A DNA stretch of 64,000 nt from Porphyromonadaceae bacterium UBA7048. Its GTDB lineage: Bacteria > Bacteroidota > Bacteroidia > Bacteroidales > Muribaculaceae. The position numbers were made by a program, and so were the translations under genes. Position 1 is the stretch's first letter, and each line of letters starts with the position of its first letter. Of this stretch, positions 1 through 9,241 are shown one piece after another. A model generated the notes under the pieces. That model was not told the DNA's origin, searched no databases, and was given only the letters and a program-made list of their open reading frames with translations. The stretch spans positions 21,992 to 85,991 of the forward strand of contig DLAL01000047.1 of NCBI GenBank assembly GCA_002493945.1, in the 5' to 3' direction.

Positions 1-443
1 TCGGCGCAAGCCTCCATAGCCTTGCCCATGGATGAGATGAAGGTGAACGAGCGGCAGCCGTTGTCCTGAATGTCATATACGAGCACGTCGACGTCCTTCA
101 TCATTTCGGGAGTGGGTTTGTAGGTCTTGCCATAGATGGAGTAGACCGTCACGCCTGTGGCCTTGTCGATATATGTCCTGACGGTGTCGCCGGCATGAAC
201 GTCGCCGCGCACTCCGTGTTCAGGCGAGAAGAGCGCAGTGAGATTCACGCCGGGGGCTTCGGCGAGGATGTCGATGGTCGATTTCAGGCTGTTGTCTACT
301 CCCGAAGGATTGGTGATGAGTCCCACGCGCTTGCCTTTGAGCACGTCGAAATTCCTGTCGCGGAGCACTTCTATGCCCGGCTTGACCTGAGCCGAAAGGC
401 TCAGGGCTGCGGCCAGGGCTGTGAGTAGTATGGTACGTTTCAT
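1..443 (-). CDS. DUF1343 / NamZ-like exo-beta-N-acetylmuramidase, N-terminal part (gene runs off the window start)
   Basis: Absent from the ORF track because it is open at the window edge. Reverse translation from the ATG at 443-441 gives MKRTILLTALAAALSLSAQVKPGIEVLRDRNFDVLKGKRVGLITNPSGVD..LFSPEHGVRG..TGVTVYSIYGKTYKPTPEMM..VLVYDIQDNGCRSFTFIS. This is a signal peptide plus the conserved N-terminal blocks of the DUF1343/YbbC/NamZ family. There is no stop down to position 1. Confidence 0.85.
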   Translation of the reverse strand, partial: MKRTILLTALAAALSLSAQVKPGIEVLRDRNFDVLKGKRVGLITNPSGVDNSLKSTIDILAEAPGVNLTALFSPEHGVRGDVHAGDTVRTYIDKATGVTVYSIYGKTYKPTPEMMKDVDVLVYDIQDNGCRSFTFISSMGKAMEACA

Positions 444-445
444 TG

Positions 446-2353
446 TCATTTGTCAGTCTTGCGTCCGAAGTTCGGGTCTATCTTGAGGAAGCCGCAGACA
501 CCGATGGTGGCGGCGCAGCATATCATCGTCCAGATGAAGAAGTGTCGGTAGCCGATGGTGTCCTGAAGCCAGCCGGCGGCCATGCCGGGCAGCATCATGC
601 CCAGAGCCATGAAGCCTGTACAGATGGCGTAGTGGGCCGTCTTGTGGCGTCCTTCAGAGAAGTATATCAGGTAGAGCATATAGGCCGTGAAGCCGAATCC
701 GTAGCCGAACTGCTCGATGAACACGCAGATGTTCACGGTCAGCAGGCTGGGAGCCGTGGCGTAGCTCAGATATACGAAGGTGAGGCAGGTCAGCGACATT
801 GACCAGGCCATGGGCCACAGCCATTTCTTCAGGCCGCCCTTGGCAGCCACGATACCGCCGACGATACCGCCGATGGTCAGGCCTATGATGCCTACGGTGC
901 CGTAGACGATGCCCACCTGGCCTGTGGTCAGGCCGAGGCCGCCCTTGTCGATGGGGTCGAGCAGGAACGGGTTGATGAGCTTCACAAGCTGTGCCTCGGG
1001 CAGACGATAGAGCAGCATGAATGCGATGGCCACCCATACCTGAGGCTTCTGGAAGAAGGTCTTGAACGTGTCGAAGAATTCGCGGAAGATGTCAGATGCT
1101 GTCCGGCGTACCTCGTTGCCTCCGTCGGATGCCGGGCGCGGAAGTGCCCAGCTGTGGTAGGCGGCTACGATGAAGAAGAAGGCCGACAGAACGGCGAACA
1201 CTATCGACCATGCCAGCGGTATATTGCCGGAGGCGCCCTCGAAGGTAGCCGAGGTGGCTGATGTGAGCTTGTGGTCGGCCTCATAGAAGAGGTATGCCGG
1301 TTTGTCCCAGTTCGATTCGTTGAACACAAAGCGCGTGGGCATGTAGTTCTGTTCGAGCTTGATGCTCTGGTCGCCCGATTTGTGGGTGACGTTCAGCACT
1401 ACTTCCTGTCCCGGTTCGGGCTGGCGGTTGAGGCGCAGACCCACGATGGCGAAGTTGTTGTTGCGTGCGGTGAAGGGCTCGCGGTCCTCTCCGAATGTGT
1501 TCTTCACCCACATGGTGAAGGCCGAGGGACCGGCGGCTTCGGCGACAGTGTTTCCGGTTGCGGCTTCGGTGGCTTTCTGCTCGGCGGCAGTGAAGCCGTT
1601 GCGCTCGTTCATGTGCTTGACGGAGTCGCGCATCAGTGCCGCATATTCGGCGAAGGGCATGGTGCGCGTCTCGCCTTTGGTCTCTACGGTCACCACCTCG
1701 GGCGTGCTCACGGCCATTGTGAGGGCGCTCTGAGGAGTATAGAACGCGAGTTCGCCTGCGAGGTCGGGCTCGGCGGAATATATGGCGTCAAGGTCAGGCG
1801 CTTTCCACTCCACGGCAGGGTCGGCATTCACCGTCACGCCGAGGGGCGCGAGGCCCGAGTTAGTCTCGATAAGGCCGGCTATGATGACAAGAAGTCCTTG
1901 GCCCGCAACGGTGGCCACGCGGTAGAAAGTCGAACGGATGCCCACGTACAGCGACTGCTCGTGCTCGGTGAGCGCCAGCATGTAGAAGCCGTCGGCGGCT
2001 ATGTCATGGGTGGCCGAGGTGAAGCCAACGAGCCAGAAGATGGCCAGTGTGAGCTGGAAGAAGAATGGTGCCGGAATGGCGAAAGCTATGCCTGCAAGGG
2101 CGAAGGCTATGAGCCACTGCATCGTCAGCGTCCACCAGCGCTTGGTCTTGAGGATGTCCACGAAGGGACTCCAGAAAGGCTTGATGACCCACGGCAGATA
2201 GAGCCATCCGGTGTAGAGGGCTATGTCGGTATTCGATATGCCCAGGCGTTTGTACATGATCACCGATATGGTCATCACGGCCACGTACGGCAGACCCTGT
2301 GCGAAGTACAGGGTGGGAATCCATGCCCAGGGATTGCGCTTGTTGTTTTTCAT
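446..2353 (-). CDS. ampG: AmpG-family MFS muropeptide permease with a ~215-aa non-hydrophobic insertion
   Basis: 635-aa ORF. N-terminus NPWAWIPTLYFAQGLPYVAV..LYLPWVIKPFWSPFVD and multiple hydrophobic helices are typical of AmpG/MFS. Residues ~163-378 are hydrophilic. The stop lies 2 nt from the start of the next gene. Confidence 0.85.
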   Translation of the reverse strand: MKNNKRNPWAWIPTLYFAQGLPYVAVMTISVIMYKRLGISNTDIALYTGWLYLPWVIKPFWSPFVDILKTKRWWTLTMQWLIAFALAGIAFAIPAPFFFQLTLAIFWLVGFTSATHDIAADGFYMLALTEHEQSLYVGIRSTFYRVATVAGQGLLVIIAGLIETNSGLAPLGVTVNADPAVEWKAPDLDAIYSAEPDLAGELAFYTPQSALTMAVSTPEVVTVETKGETRTMPFAEYAALMRDSVKHMNERNGFTAAEQKATEAATGNTVAEAAGPSAFTMWVKNTFGEDREPFTARNNNFAIVGLRLNRQPEPGQEVVLNVTHKSGDQSIKLEQNYMPTRFVFNESNWDKPAYLFYEADHKLTSATSATFEGASGNIPLAWSIVFAVLSAFFFIVAAYHSWALPRPASDGGNEVRRTASDIFREFFDTFKTFFQKPQVWVAIAFMLLYRLPEAQLVKLINPFLLDPIDKGGLGLTTGQVGIVYGTVGIIGLTIGGIVGGIVAAKGGLKKWLWPMAWSMSLTCLTFVYLSYATAPSLLTVNICVFIEQFGYGFGFTAYMLYLIYFSEGRHKTAHYAICTGFMALGMMLPGMAAGWLQDTIGYRHFFIWTMICCAATIGVCGFLKIDPNFGRKTDK

Positions 2354-2362
2354 GGATAACGG

Positions 2363-3685
2363 TTAATAAAGAGTTTCGAGATGTGCTCCCGGGAAATAAT
2401 GCATCAGTATGTCGGCGAAGTTGTAGCCTTCGGCGCTCATCACGGCCGCGCCGATCTGGCACAGACCCACGCCGTGGCCCCAGCCGGCTCCGTGGAGGGT
2501 GAACGATGCCGGAACGCCGCGTTCGTCGTTCTCTCCGGCTTCGACCACGAAGGCCGACGAGTAGAGGTGCGACGTCGACAGCGTGCGGCGTATCTCAAGC
2601 TCCTTGCCGATGACCATCGTGCGCTTGGTGCCGGTGAGGCGCAGCCGCACGATGCGGCCCGATGTGCCGCGTTCGACGGCTTCCATCGACAGTATCAGGC
2701 CGAAGTCGATGCCCGACCGCTGTGCTATCAGCTGCGAGAGCTCGTCCTGCGTGTAGCGCACGGTCCAGCGGTAGAAGTCGGTGGTCTCCTGGTCGTAGTT
2801 GTTCAGTACCTGCGAGAGGATGCCGGCGTCAGACGTATTGCAGAATGCCGCAGGACGTCCGAGAATCCAGCGGCGCGCATTGTCCTCGATGGTGAGATCG
2901 GGATATACGGCTGCGTCGGGGGCGTCGGCGCGGACAGTCAGATAGTGCTTGCAGACGGGCTGCCAGCAGTTCTCGAACTGCTCGAAGACACCGCCGCAGC
3001 ACTTGGAGAAGCGTGCGTCGCACAGCAGGCCGTCGCGGTCTTTCAGCACCAGGCCGCGTGTGGCCTCGATGGCCTCGCGGACTGTCGGCGTCGTCTGACG
3101 GGTGATGCCCTGATAGCGCTGGCAGTGGTCGTCCGCGCATACGTCGAAGTTCACATGGTCCTCGCGGTCGTACCAGCGCACTATCTCGTCGTCGGTGACG
3201 GTGCACGACTGCACGTGCTCGTCGGCGGCCTTGGCGCTGCGGTCAATCTGCGCAAGCAGCCAGCTGCGCGATATCACGGCGTGAGCCTTGAGAAATTCGG
3301 CACAGGCCGTGGCGCTCATTTCCGAGCTTATCACGCTCATGAGATACTCCTCGACGGGAAGGACATTGATGAGCGTGAGCTTGTCGCCTTCGACGATGAC
3401 CTTCAGGGCACCGCGGAAACGCTGGTTCTCGCGGCGTTCCCAGTGGAAGTTCACGCCTATCACCACATCGGCCACCTCGAAGGCAGCGTCAGCGCCGCAG
3501 GGCATGAGCGTCACTTCGTCGTAAGCCTTGCCCTGGAAGGCTACCTGACCTTCGGGAGTGATGGAGAAGGTCTGCGGACCGCGCGATGCGAGTCCGGTGC
3601 CCTTGTCTGTGTATTCCGCAAGAAGATCTACGCGTATCTCTGTGGCACTGAGTATGCCTACATGTATATCGGGTTCTCTGTTCAT
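2363..3685 (-). CDS. SpoIID/LytB domain protein (no signal peptide)
   Basis: 440 aa with VEEYLMSVISSEMSATACAEFLKAHAVISRSW and a C-terminal HGAGWGHGVGLCQIGAAVMSAEGYNFADILMHYFPG, both hallmark SpoIID blocks. The start ATG overlaps the upstream stop (ATGA). Confidence 0.85.
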   Translation of the reverse strand: MNREPDIHVGILSATEIRVDLLAEYTDKGTGLASRGPQTFSITPEGQVAFQGKAYDEVTLMPCGADAAFEVADVVIGVNFHWERRENQRFRGALKVIVEGDKLTLINVLPVEEYLMSVISSEMSATACAEFLKAHAVISRSWLLAQIDRSAKAADEHVQSCTVTDDEIVRWYDREDHVNFDVCADDHCQRYQGITRQTTPTVREAIEATRGLVLKDRDGLLCDARFSKCCGGVFEQFENCWQPVCKHYLTVRADAPDAAVYPDLTIEDNARRWILGRPAAFCNTSDAGILSQVLNNYDQETTDFYRWTVRYTQDELSQLIAQRSGIDFGLILSMEAVERGTSGRIVRLRLTGTKRTMVIGKELEIRRTLSTSHLYSSAFVVEAGENDERGVPASFTLHGAGWGHGVGLCQIGAAVMSAEGYNFADILMHYFPGAHLETLY

Positions 3686-4617
3686 TGTTTTCTGATGGTT
3701 TCTGCTATGGTTTCAGCCTCCGCCGCCGAGGGGCAGAGTTCGTCGAATAGTCTGCGGACAGTGTCGGCACCGAAGCTGTCGAAGTCCTCGCGGCGAGGAG
3801 TGATGAACACTCCGCCCATGTCCACCGATGCCGGACTTATCAGCATGCAGCCGTCGCCTTCGGTGCCGTAGAACGACGGACGGTGACGCTTGCGAGGTAT
3901 CACGGCCACTCTCACGCGGCCGTCGGCCGAGCGTGCGAGGATGTTCATCATAGGCTCGGTCTCGCCTTCGGGCACGGGAAGTGCGGAGTAGAGGCGGTCG
4001 AAGAGGGCCTCGCCGTCGTCTGGCGTGGCGGCGTCGATGACGAATACTGGCATCGGCAGTCCTTCAGCCAGACTGAGCGCGCTTGCGCTTTGTGCGGCCA
4101 CGGGGCTCATGGCGGCGGTGTCAAGGGCGTCCCATATGGTCAGGAAGTCGGAGTTGCCGGCCTGGAAGTGCATGTGGTCAGGCGCCGACGCACCGCAGCG
4201 CGGTCCGTTGTAGAACACCGTGTAGCCCTCGAGGTCTGCCGCCAGCCGGATCATGTCGGCCACACGTCCGGCTATGAGCTGGTCGGTGTGCGACGTGTCG
4301 GGCACGGTCAGATGACGGGGGAATATCGGGAAGGGATTGATGAGCACCGTATAGCGTCCGCCGTAAGCGATTCCACGCTGTACGGCCGGGCGATTTTCGG
4401 CACAGAGGAAGCACTTGCGCGCCTTCAGCGATGCGGCGTCGACCTTAGCTGCCGACGACACTATGCGTGCCGGATTGAACTGCACCTTGAAGGTCATCCC
4501 AGGCATGGCTATCTCCTTGACTTCCACGCCCGAGAGTGCCGCATAGTTGTCGGCTGCCTGAGGCCACTCGGCTTTCTGCTCCTCTATGAAGGAATTGACT
4601 TGCTGCGATATCGACAT
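3682..4617 (-). CDS. DUF4922-like HIT/GalT-superfamily protein (Ap4A-phosphorylase / GDP-L-galactose-phosphorylase-like)
   Basis: 311 aa with FKVQFNPARIVSSAAKVD..KCFLC, LINPFPIFPRHLTVP and the histidine triad variant APDHMHFQAGN (HxHxQ). Confidence 0.7.
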   Translation of the reverse strand: MSISQQVNSFIEEQKAEWPQAADNYAALSGVEVKEIAMPGMTFKVQFNPARIVSSAAKVDAASLKARKCFLCAENRPAVQRGIAYGGRYTVLINPFPIFPRHLTVPDTSHTDQLIAGRVADMIRLAADLEGYTVFYNGPRCGASAPDHMHFQAGNSDFLTIWDALDTAAMSPVAAQSASALSLAEGLPMPVFVIDAATPDDGEALFDRLYSALPVPEGETEPMMNILARSADGRVRVAVIPRKRHRPSFYGTEGDGCMLISPASVDMGGVFITPRREDFDSFGADTVRRLFDELCPSAAEAETIAETIRKQ

Positions 4618-4626
4618 GGTGTCCTC

Positions 4627-6093
4627 TTACTTGTTCCGGTTCATCGCACAGCGTGCCTCGAGTTCCCAGGTACGGATGCGGTCTTTGTAGAGGTTGTTGG
4701 TGTTGGTCTTCACGATGTCGAGCGCGTGGTCGGAGTTGTCCTCCCAGCGGCGGCAGAGGTAGACCACGTCGTAGACGCGTCCTATCTGATAGTGGCGCGA
4801 GAAAGCCAGCCCGAGGGCGTAGTCCTCGCCGTACGATGTGTTCGGCACCTGAATCTCGCGGAGCAGAGGAGTGTAGAACGCACGGGGAGCGCCGAGGCCG
4901 TTGATGCGCAGGGCGTTGTTGCGGCCGTTTTCGGGAGTCCATTCGCGGTGGTCGATGACGCCCGGCGGTATCATGTTCATGTCGATGTCGGTGAGCATAT
5001 AGGTGCCCACGACCATGGCAGAGTTGTTGTCGTAGAATGCCTTCACCATCTTGGCCAGAGTGTTCTCGTCGGCGTACACGTCGTCGGAGTCAAGCTGCAC
5101 GCAGAATTTGCCGGCTTCGGGATGGTTGGCGCCCACGTTCCAGCAGCCGCCGATGCCCAGGTCGGTGCGTTCGGGGATGATGTGTATCACGCGCGGGTCG
5201 GAGGTGAATTCCTCGATGGCCTCGCCTGTGCCGTCGGTCGAGTGGTTGTCGATGATGAAGAGGTTGAAGGGAAAGTCGGTCTTCTGCGAGAGCACGCTGC
5301 GGATGGCGTCGCGGATGGTGCGTACGCGGTTGCGCACGGGGATGATGACCGATGCCTCGTTCTTGAAGTCGCCGCGGTCGAATTCTATCTTGTCGAACTT
5401 CGGTTCGAGGTATCCTCCGATGGCCTTGAGGTGATCCGTGCAGGCTTCTTCCATCTCTATCTGCACGCCGCGGTTCTTGGGATCGACGTAGTCGAAGATG
5501 CGTTCTCCGCCCTTGTCGTTCGACACGGTCACGTCAGTGTAGAGGTATTCGTTGATGTGCACCACCGGTGCGATGCGGCTCACGCGCAGACGCAGGTCGT
5601 AGAGTCCGGCGGCGGTGTATGCCTTGTCGATTTCGGATGCGGCCTTCTTGAAGTCCGTGGCGCGGTAGAGCAGGAGCGGACCGAAGTTGAAGTCATCGCG
5701 CAGGGCGCCGAACTGCCAGTCGATGACCGGGGTATTGCTCTTCACGCCGTCTATCACAGTGTAGTAGTCGGCGTAGATTAGGCCGGCATTGCTGTCGGCG
5801 GCTATGCGCGTCATGCGGTTCAGCGCGAGATAGCCGGGGACGAGCTCGGTGTACTTGGTGTAGAGGAGTATATATTCTGCGGCGGCGTGCTCGGCTATCT
5901 GACGGACGGTTGCCGACGAAGTCAGCGTGTCGATGTGGAGCAGGTCGCAGCCGAGGCATGCCGTGGCTGTGGCGTCGGCGGAAAGCAAGGTGATGCGTGT
6001 CACTTCAGGACATTCGCGGAGAGCCGCTACCGATGCGCGTACCTGGGCTTCGTCGCGGAAGGGGAGGAAACAGTGGATGGTGTTCATATACAT
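4627..6093 (-). CDS. Two-domain family 2 glycosyltransferase
   Basis: The C-terminal half has [33 protein letters not shown] and the DxD block QLDSDDVY (GT-A/GT2). The track ORF extends to 6141 and overlaps the upstream gene. The internal ATGs at 6093 or 6087 (MYMNTIH) avoid the overlap and are the likelier start. Confidence 0.8.
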   Translation of the reverse strand: MYMNTIHCFLPFRDEAQVRASVAALRECPEVTRITLLSADATATACLGCDLLHIDTLTSSATVRQIAEHAAAEYILLYTKYTELVPGYLALNRMTRIAADSNAGLIYADYYTVIDGVKSNTPVIDWQFGALRDDFNFGPLLLYRATDFKKAASEIDKAYTAAGLYDLRLRVSRIAPVVHINEYLYTDVTVSNDKGGERIFDYVDPKNRGVQIEMEEACTDHLKAIGGYLEPKFDKIEFDRGDFKNEASVIIPVRNRVRTIRDAIRSVLSQKTDFPFNLFIIDNHSTDGTGEAIEEFTSDPRVIHIIPERTDLGIGGCWNVGANHPEAGKFCVQLDSDDVYADENTLAKMVKAFYDNNSAMVVGTYMLTDIDMNMIPPGVIDHREWTPENGRNNALRINGLGAPRAFYTPLLREIQVPNTSYGEDYALGLAFSRHYQIGRVYDVVYLCRRWEDNSDHALDIVKTNTNNLYKDRIRTWELEARCAMNRNK

Positions 6094-6109
6094 AGTCAGT
6101 GAATAGTTA

Positions 6110-9091
6110 TCATTTCTTTGAGTTGCGCAGAGGATTGGCATCGGTGAAGAAGTCGAGAATCTGCTTCATCAGCCCGGCGCGCTTATGAGGGTTCATTATT
6201 GTCTCGAAAGGGAATCCGATTACCACCGTGCGGTGTGTCCCGTTGTCAAAGGCTGTGCCGGCGGCGAGATTATTCTCTTTGTAGCGCATGAATGTGCACC
6301 CCTTTTCCTTGTTGGCAGGGAAGAATGAGTCAGGAGATTCCACTGCATACATATTGCGCGACAGCCGATGGACAAAGGTATAGTCGGACTTTCCGAATGC
6401 CTTGTAAGGGGTCTGAACTTCGTAGGCTCTGCCGGTCACCGATGCCTGACCGGTGCGCCAGCCTATGCCGAGGATGTCGGCGGCGAACTTGCGGTCGGCC
6501 TCAAGCTGAGTTTCCGTCGAGAAGGTGTTGGCGCAGAGGTCCGAGGCCACGTACGAGCCGCTGACGAAGAAGTCCGTGCCCTGTCCGGCGAGTGCCGTCA
6601 TGCGGCTCTGGAGTTCGGCAGGGAAGGCTTTGTAGTTCGTTCCGTAGGCGCCGCGGCCACGCTTGATTTCTTTCTGTTTGCCGAGTATGATATCGACTAT
6701 GGCCGGTGTGTCGGCGGCTTCGGCGAAGGCTTCGACGCTCGACGACACGAAACCGAATCCGGCGTCACGTACGGCTCTGCCGTGAGAGTATACGAAGTCG
6801 AAGGTATTGCCGGCTATGACGTCCTGCTCATAATTGGCACGCGATGCGCCGAAGCCGCAGGCATCATCGTCAGTCCACTTGGAGTTCCGGTCGAATTCAT
6901 ACTGGCTGCCGATGTACGATATGTCGTAGACGTAGGGTACGCCGTGGTCCTTGGCGTCGTTGAATCCGGCAACCTCGCCGTAGTCGAAGGTGTCGGGGGC
7001 GCTGACACGGGTGAAGCCGTTCACTATCGTCACTTCGCCGCGGCCCGAAGGCATGTTGCAGAGAGCGAGCACTTCAGAGGGGAAGGCACGGCCGCCGTCG
7101 TTGCCTGCCACGATGCGGTAGGAGTGTATGTCGGAGTCGGACACGGCTATATCGAAGTACGGGTCCGACGTACGGCTCACGGGACGGAAGGCACCGTCGC
7201 CGATGCGTTCTTCGACGATATAATATGTAGGTGTGGCAGTGCTTTCGAGCGAGTCCACGGTCTCCTTCCAGCTCAGGCGGTAGCTGTCGGCACCGGTGTG
7301 GCTGATGGCGAACGAACGTACGGGCAGCGGCTGCACCACGTAGGGGCGTCCGTCGCGGCGTGCTATGAATTTGAGCATGCCTTTGTAGATGCCGCGCGAC
7401 ACGGTGAAGCGGAATGCAGGGTCGAGGCCGTACTTCATGTCGGCGAAGTTCTGATGCGAGAGGAATTCGAGCAGCATGGCCGGAACCTCGGGAACGCGGG
7501 CTTCGAAGTAGCTCTCGTCCCACATGCCGCGGCGTGTCCACGTCGGGTCGAATTCTGCGCGCACACCGTCGACGATGTTGGTCATCACGTCGTTGGTGAA
7601 GTCGCGCGAGGCCGCACGGCTGCTGCCGTTGCCCGTCGTTCCGCCGTTGGTGCAGTATATGCCGAGAGTGCCGATTATCGAGTCGTTGGGAGTCAGACCG
7701 GCGTCGGTGTGGAAAGCGAAGCTCATGTCGACAGGTATGTTCAGGCCCTTGCGTTTGGGGAGCATCGACGAGCCTCCGGCAAGCCAGTTCACCCACAGGC
7801 CGCGGCTGCGGTAGTCGTCGCCGTAGTCGTTGACATAGTCCGTAGGAGTGAAGACGCTGTCAGGCGCTCCTGCCCACTGCAGGAAGTAGCGTGCGCCTTC
7901 TGTGAACTTCGGATATCCGCTGCTCACGTAGTCGTATTCGAGTCCGTCGGGAGCTTCCTTGATTTTGCGTGCTACGATACCCATGCCGCCGCCTATTTTC
8001 ACGGCGTCGGCGGTCACTGCCTGACGGCGGTTCTTGCCGCTGTTGAGCAGCTCGACCACAGTCTTGGATTCTTCGCTCTTATGCAGCGGGAAGTGCCCGA
8101 GATATATCCATGTGCCACCGCCCATGCGCTGATTGATGATAAACCGATGGTCGCCGTCGTCGGCATGAACTATATATTCGGCAGCTTCGGTGCTGTTCGG
8201 CAGAGTAGCGTAACTGATGTATACTGCATATTTGCCACTCAAGGGAATCCGGGCCGACCATGTCGCAGTGGCCGTAGGCGTGTTCTTTCCTGAAAGCGCG
8301 GCCTTCAGCACGGTGCCGTCGGCGAAGGGGTGATCGCCGTTATGCAGTAGCTCCTTGGTATAAGCGAAGCCGGGCTTGTCGGCGTCCGTCCAGTCGCCTG
8401 TGGTGCTGAACTGACCTTTCGCGAGTTTGCCGCCGTCGTTGTCGGCGATGATTTCGGTGCGCTGGATATCGCGTTCGCGTGGCGACATCACGTAGGCTCC
8501 GGCGTTCTCGAGCATAGGCATAAGGAAAGGCATCACGTAGCTCTGCGTGTACAGGTCCTCGACGGTCTGCATCAGGCGTGCGCGCTGCCACTCCCAGCGG
8601 TTGAGCTTCGGCTCGAAGTACCATCCGTGGCTCTGCCACAGGGCTATGTTGGCGCCGTCGAGACCCGAAGGTGCGCGCGGCACATCAAGACGGGTGACGA
8701 AAGGCTTCTTTTCTTTCGGCCCTATGTTTTTCTTTTTACTGTACAGCGCCAGGCTGTCCATGTCGCGGTCACCGGCGAAAAGTTTGATTTTGTATCGGGA
8801 ATATTCCGGGCCGAGCGCCGCGAGACAGTCTTTCTTCATTTCGCTGAGGTCAGCCTCCGTAAGGGGAAGGTATGCAGCCGTCTTTGCGAACCGTATGGTC
8901 ACGGTGTGCTTTTTCGTGTCTATGTCGACGTCCTGAGCGGCTACCGTACCGAATCCCGACACTCCGGGACGGTACGACTCGGCGACTGCCGTCAGAGCCG
9001 CAGTCCGGTCGGTGGCACTGTCGGCGTATGCCGGTGCGCTGATTGCAAGAAGTGCAACACTGATGGTTGCAAGTTTTTGGAATGGTATCAT
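6110..9091 (-). CDS. Secreted 993-aa multidomain protein with a MurNAc-L-Ala-amidase-like (Amidase_3-type) core
   Basis: Signal peptide [23 protein letters not shown]. Motifs SFAFHTDAG and [15 protein letters not shown] resemble the Zn-ligand and LvE.gF.sN blocks of cell-wall amidases. From memory, homologues are often labelled xanthan lyase in Bacteroidales annotations; I could not verify this. Confidence 0.65.
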   Translation of the reverse strand: MIPFQKLATISVALLAISAPAYADSATDRTAALTAVAESYRPGVSGFGTVAAQDVDIDTKKHTVTIRFAKTAAYLPLTEADLSEMKKDCLAALGPEYSRYKIKLFAGDRDMDSLALYSKKKNIGPKEKKPFVTRLDVPRAPSGLDGANIALWQSHGWYFEPKLNRWEWQRARLMQTVEDLYTQSYVMPFLMPMLENAGAYVMSPRERDIQRTEIIADNDGGKLAKGQFSTTGDWTDADKPGFAYTKELLHNGDHPFADGTVLKAALSGKNTPTATATWSARIPLSGKYAVYISYATLPNSTEAAEYIVHADDGDHRFIINQRMGGGTWIYLGHFPLHKSEESKTVVELLNSGKNRRQAVTADAVKIGGGMGIVARKIKEAPDGLEYDYVSSGYPKFTEGARYFLQWAGAPDSVFTPTDYVNDYGDDYRSRGLWVNWLAGGSSMLPKRKGLNIPVDMSFAFHTDAGLTPNDSIIGTLGIYCTNGGTTGNGSSRAASRDFTNDVMTNIVDGVRAEFDPTWTRRGMWDESYFEARVPEVPAMLLEFLSHQNFADMKYGLDPAFRFTVSRGIYKGMLKFIARRDGRPYVVQPLPVRSFAISHTGADSYRLSWKETVDSLESTATPTYYIVEERIGDGAFRPVSRTSDPYFDIAVSDSDIHSYRIVAGNDGGRAFPSEVLALCNMPSGRGEVTIVNGFTRVSAPDTFDYGEVAGFNDAKDHGVPYVYDISYIGSQYEFDRNSKWTDDDACGFGASRANYEQDVIAGNTFDFVYSHGRAVRDAGFGFVSSSVEAFAEAADTPAIVDIILGKQKEIKRGRGAYGTNYKAFPAELQSRMTALAGQGTDFFVSGSYVASDLCANTFSTETQLEADRKFAADILGIGWRTGQASVTGRAYEVQTPYKAFGKSDYTFVHRLSRNMYAVESPDSFFPANKEKGCTFMRYKENNLAAGTAFDNGTHRTVVIGFPFETIMNPHKRAGLMKQILDFFTDANPLRNSKK

Positions 9092-9135
9092 AATATGTTT
9101 TCTTCCCGTGCGGTCTTTCCCGTACAGTATCGATG

Positions 9136-9143
9136 CAAAGTTA
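9136..9143 (-). promoter_or_regulatory. Bacteroidetes -7 box (TAACTTTG) for the 9091->1 operon
   Basis: The reverse complement of caaagtta matches TAnnTTTG, ~45 nt upstream of the 9091 start codon in an AT-rich spacer. Confidence 0.5.
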
Positions 9144-9241
9144 TAAAAATTTATTAAAGAATGTAATGCTTATACATTATTTAATATTTAATTACATAAT
9201 TTATGATATTCATTCCTCTCTCCCATGCTGTTTTCTCTCGC

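Noticed and set aside
195-802. Small plus-strand ORFs 195-428 and 443-802 at the window start.
   Set aside because: They lie antisense to the NamZ-like and AmpG-like genes, whose translations match conserved families.
1271-8293. Very long plus-strand ORFs (1271-2359, 2381-3871, 3883-5781 and 6368-8293; 362-641 aa) antisense to the cell-wall operon.
   Set aside because: Each lies exactly opposite a minus-strand gene with clear family motifs. Their translations are rich in R/G/A/V/H, have no recognisable motifs and start at arbitrary positions. Stop-poor antisense frames like these are typical of GC-rich coding DNA.
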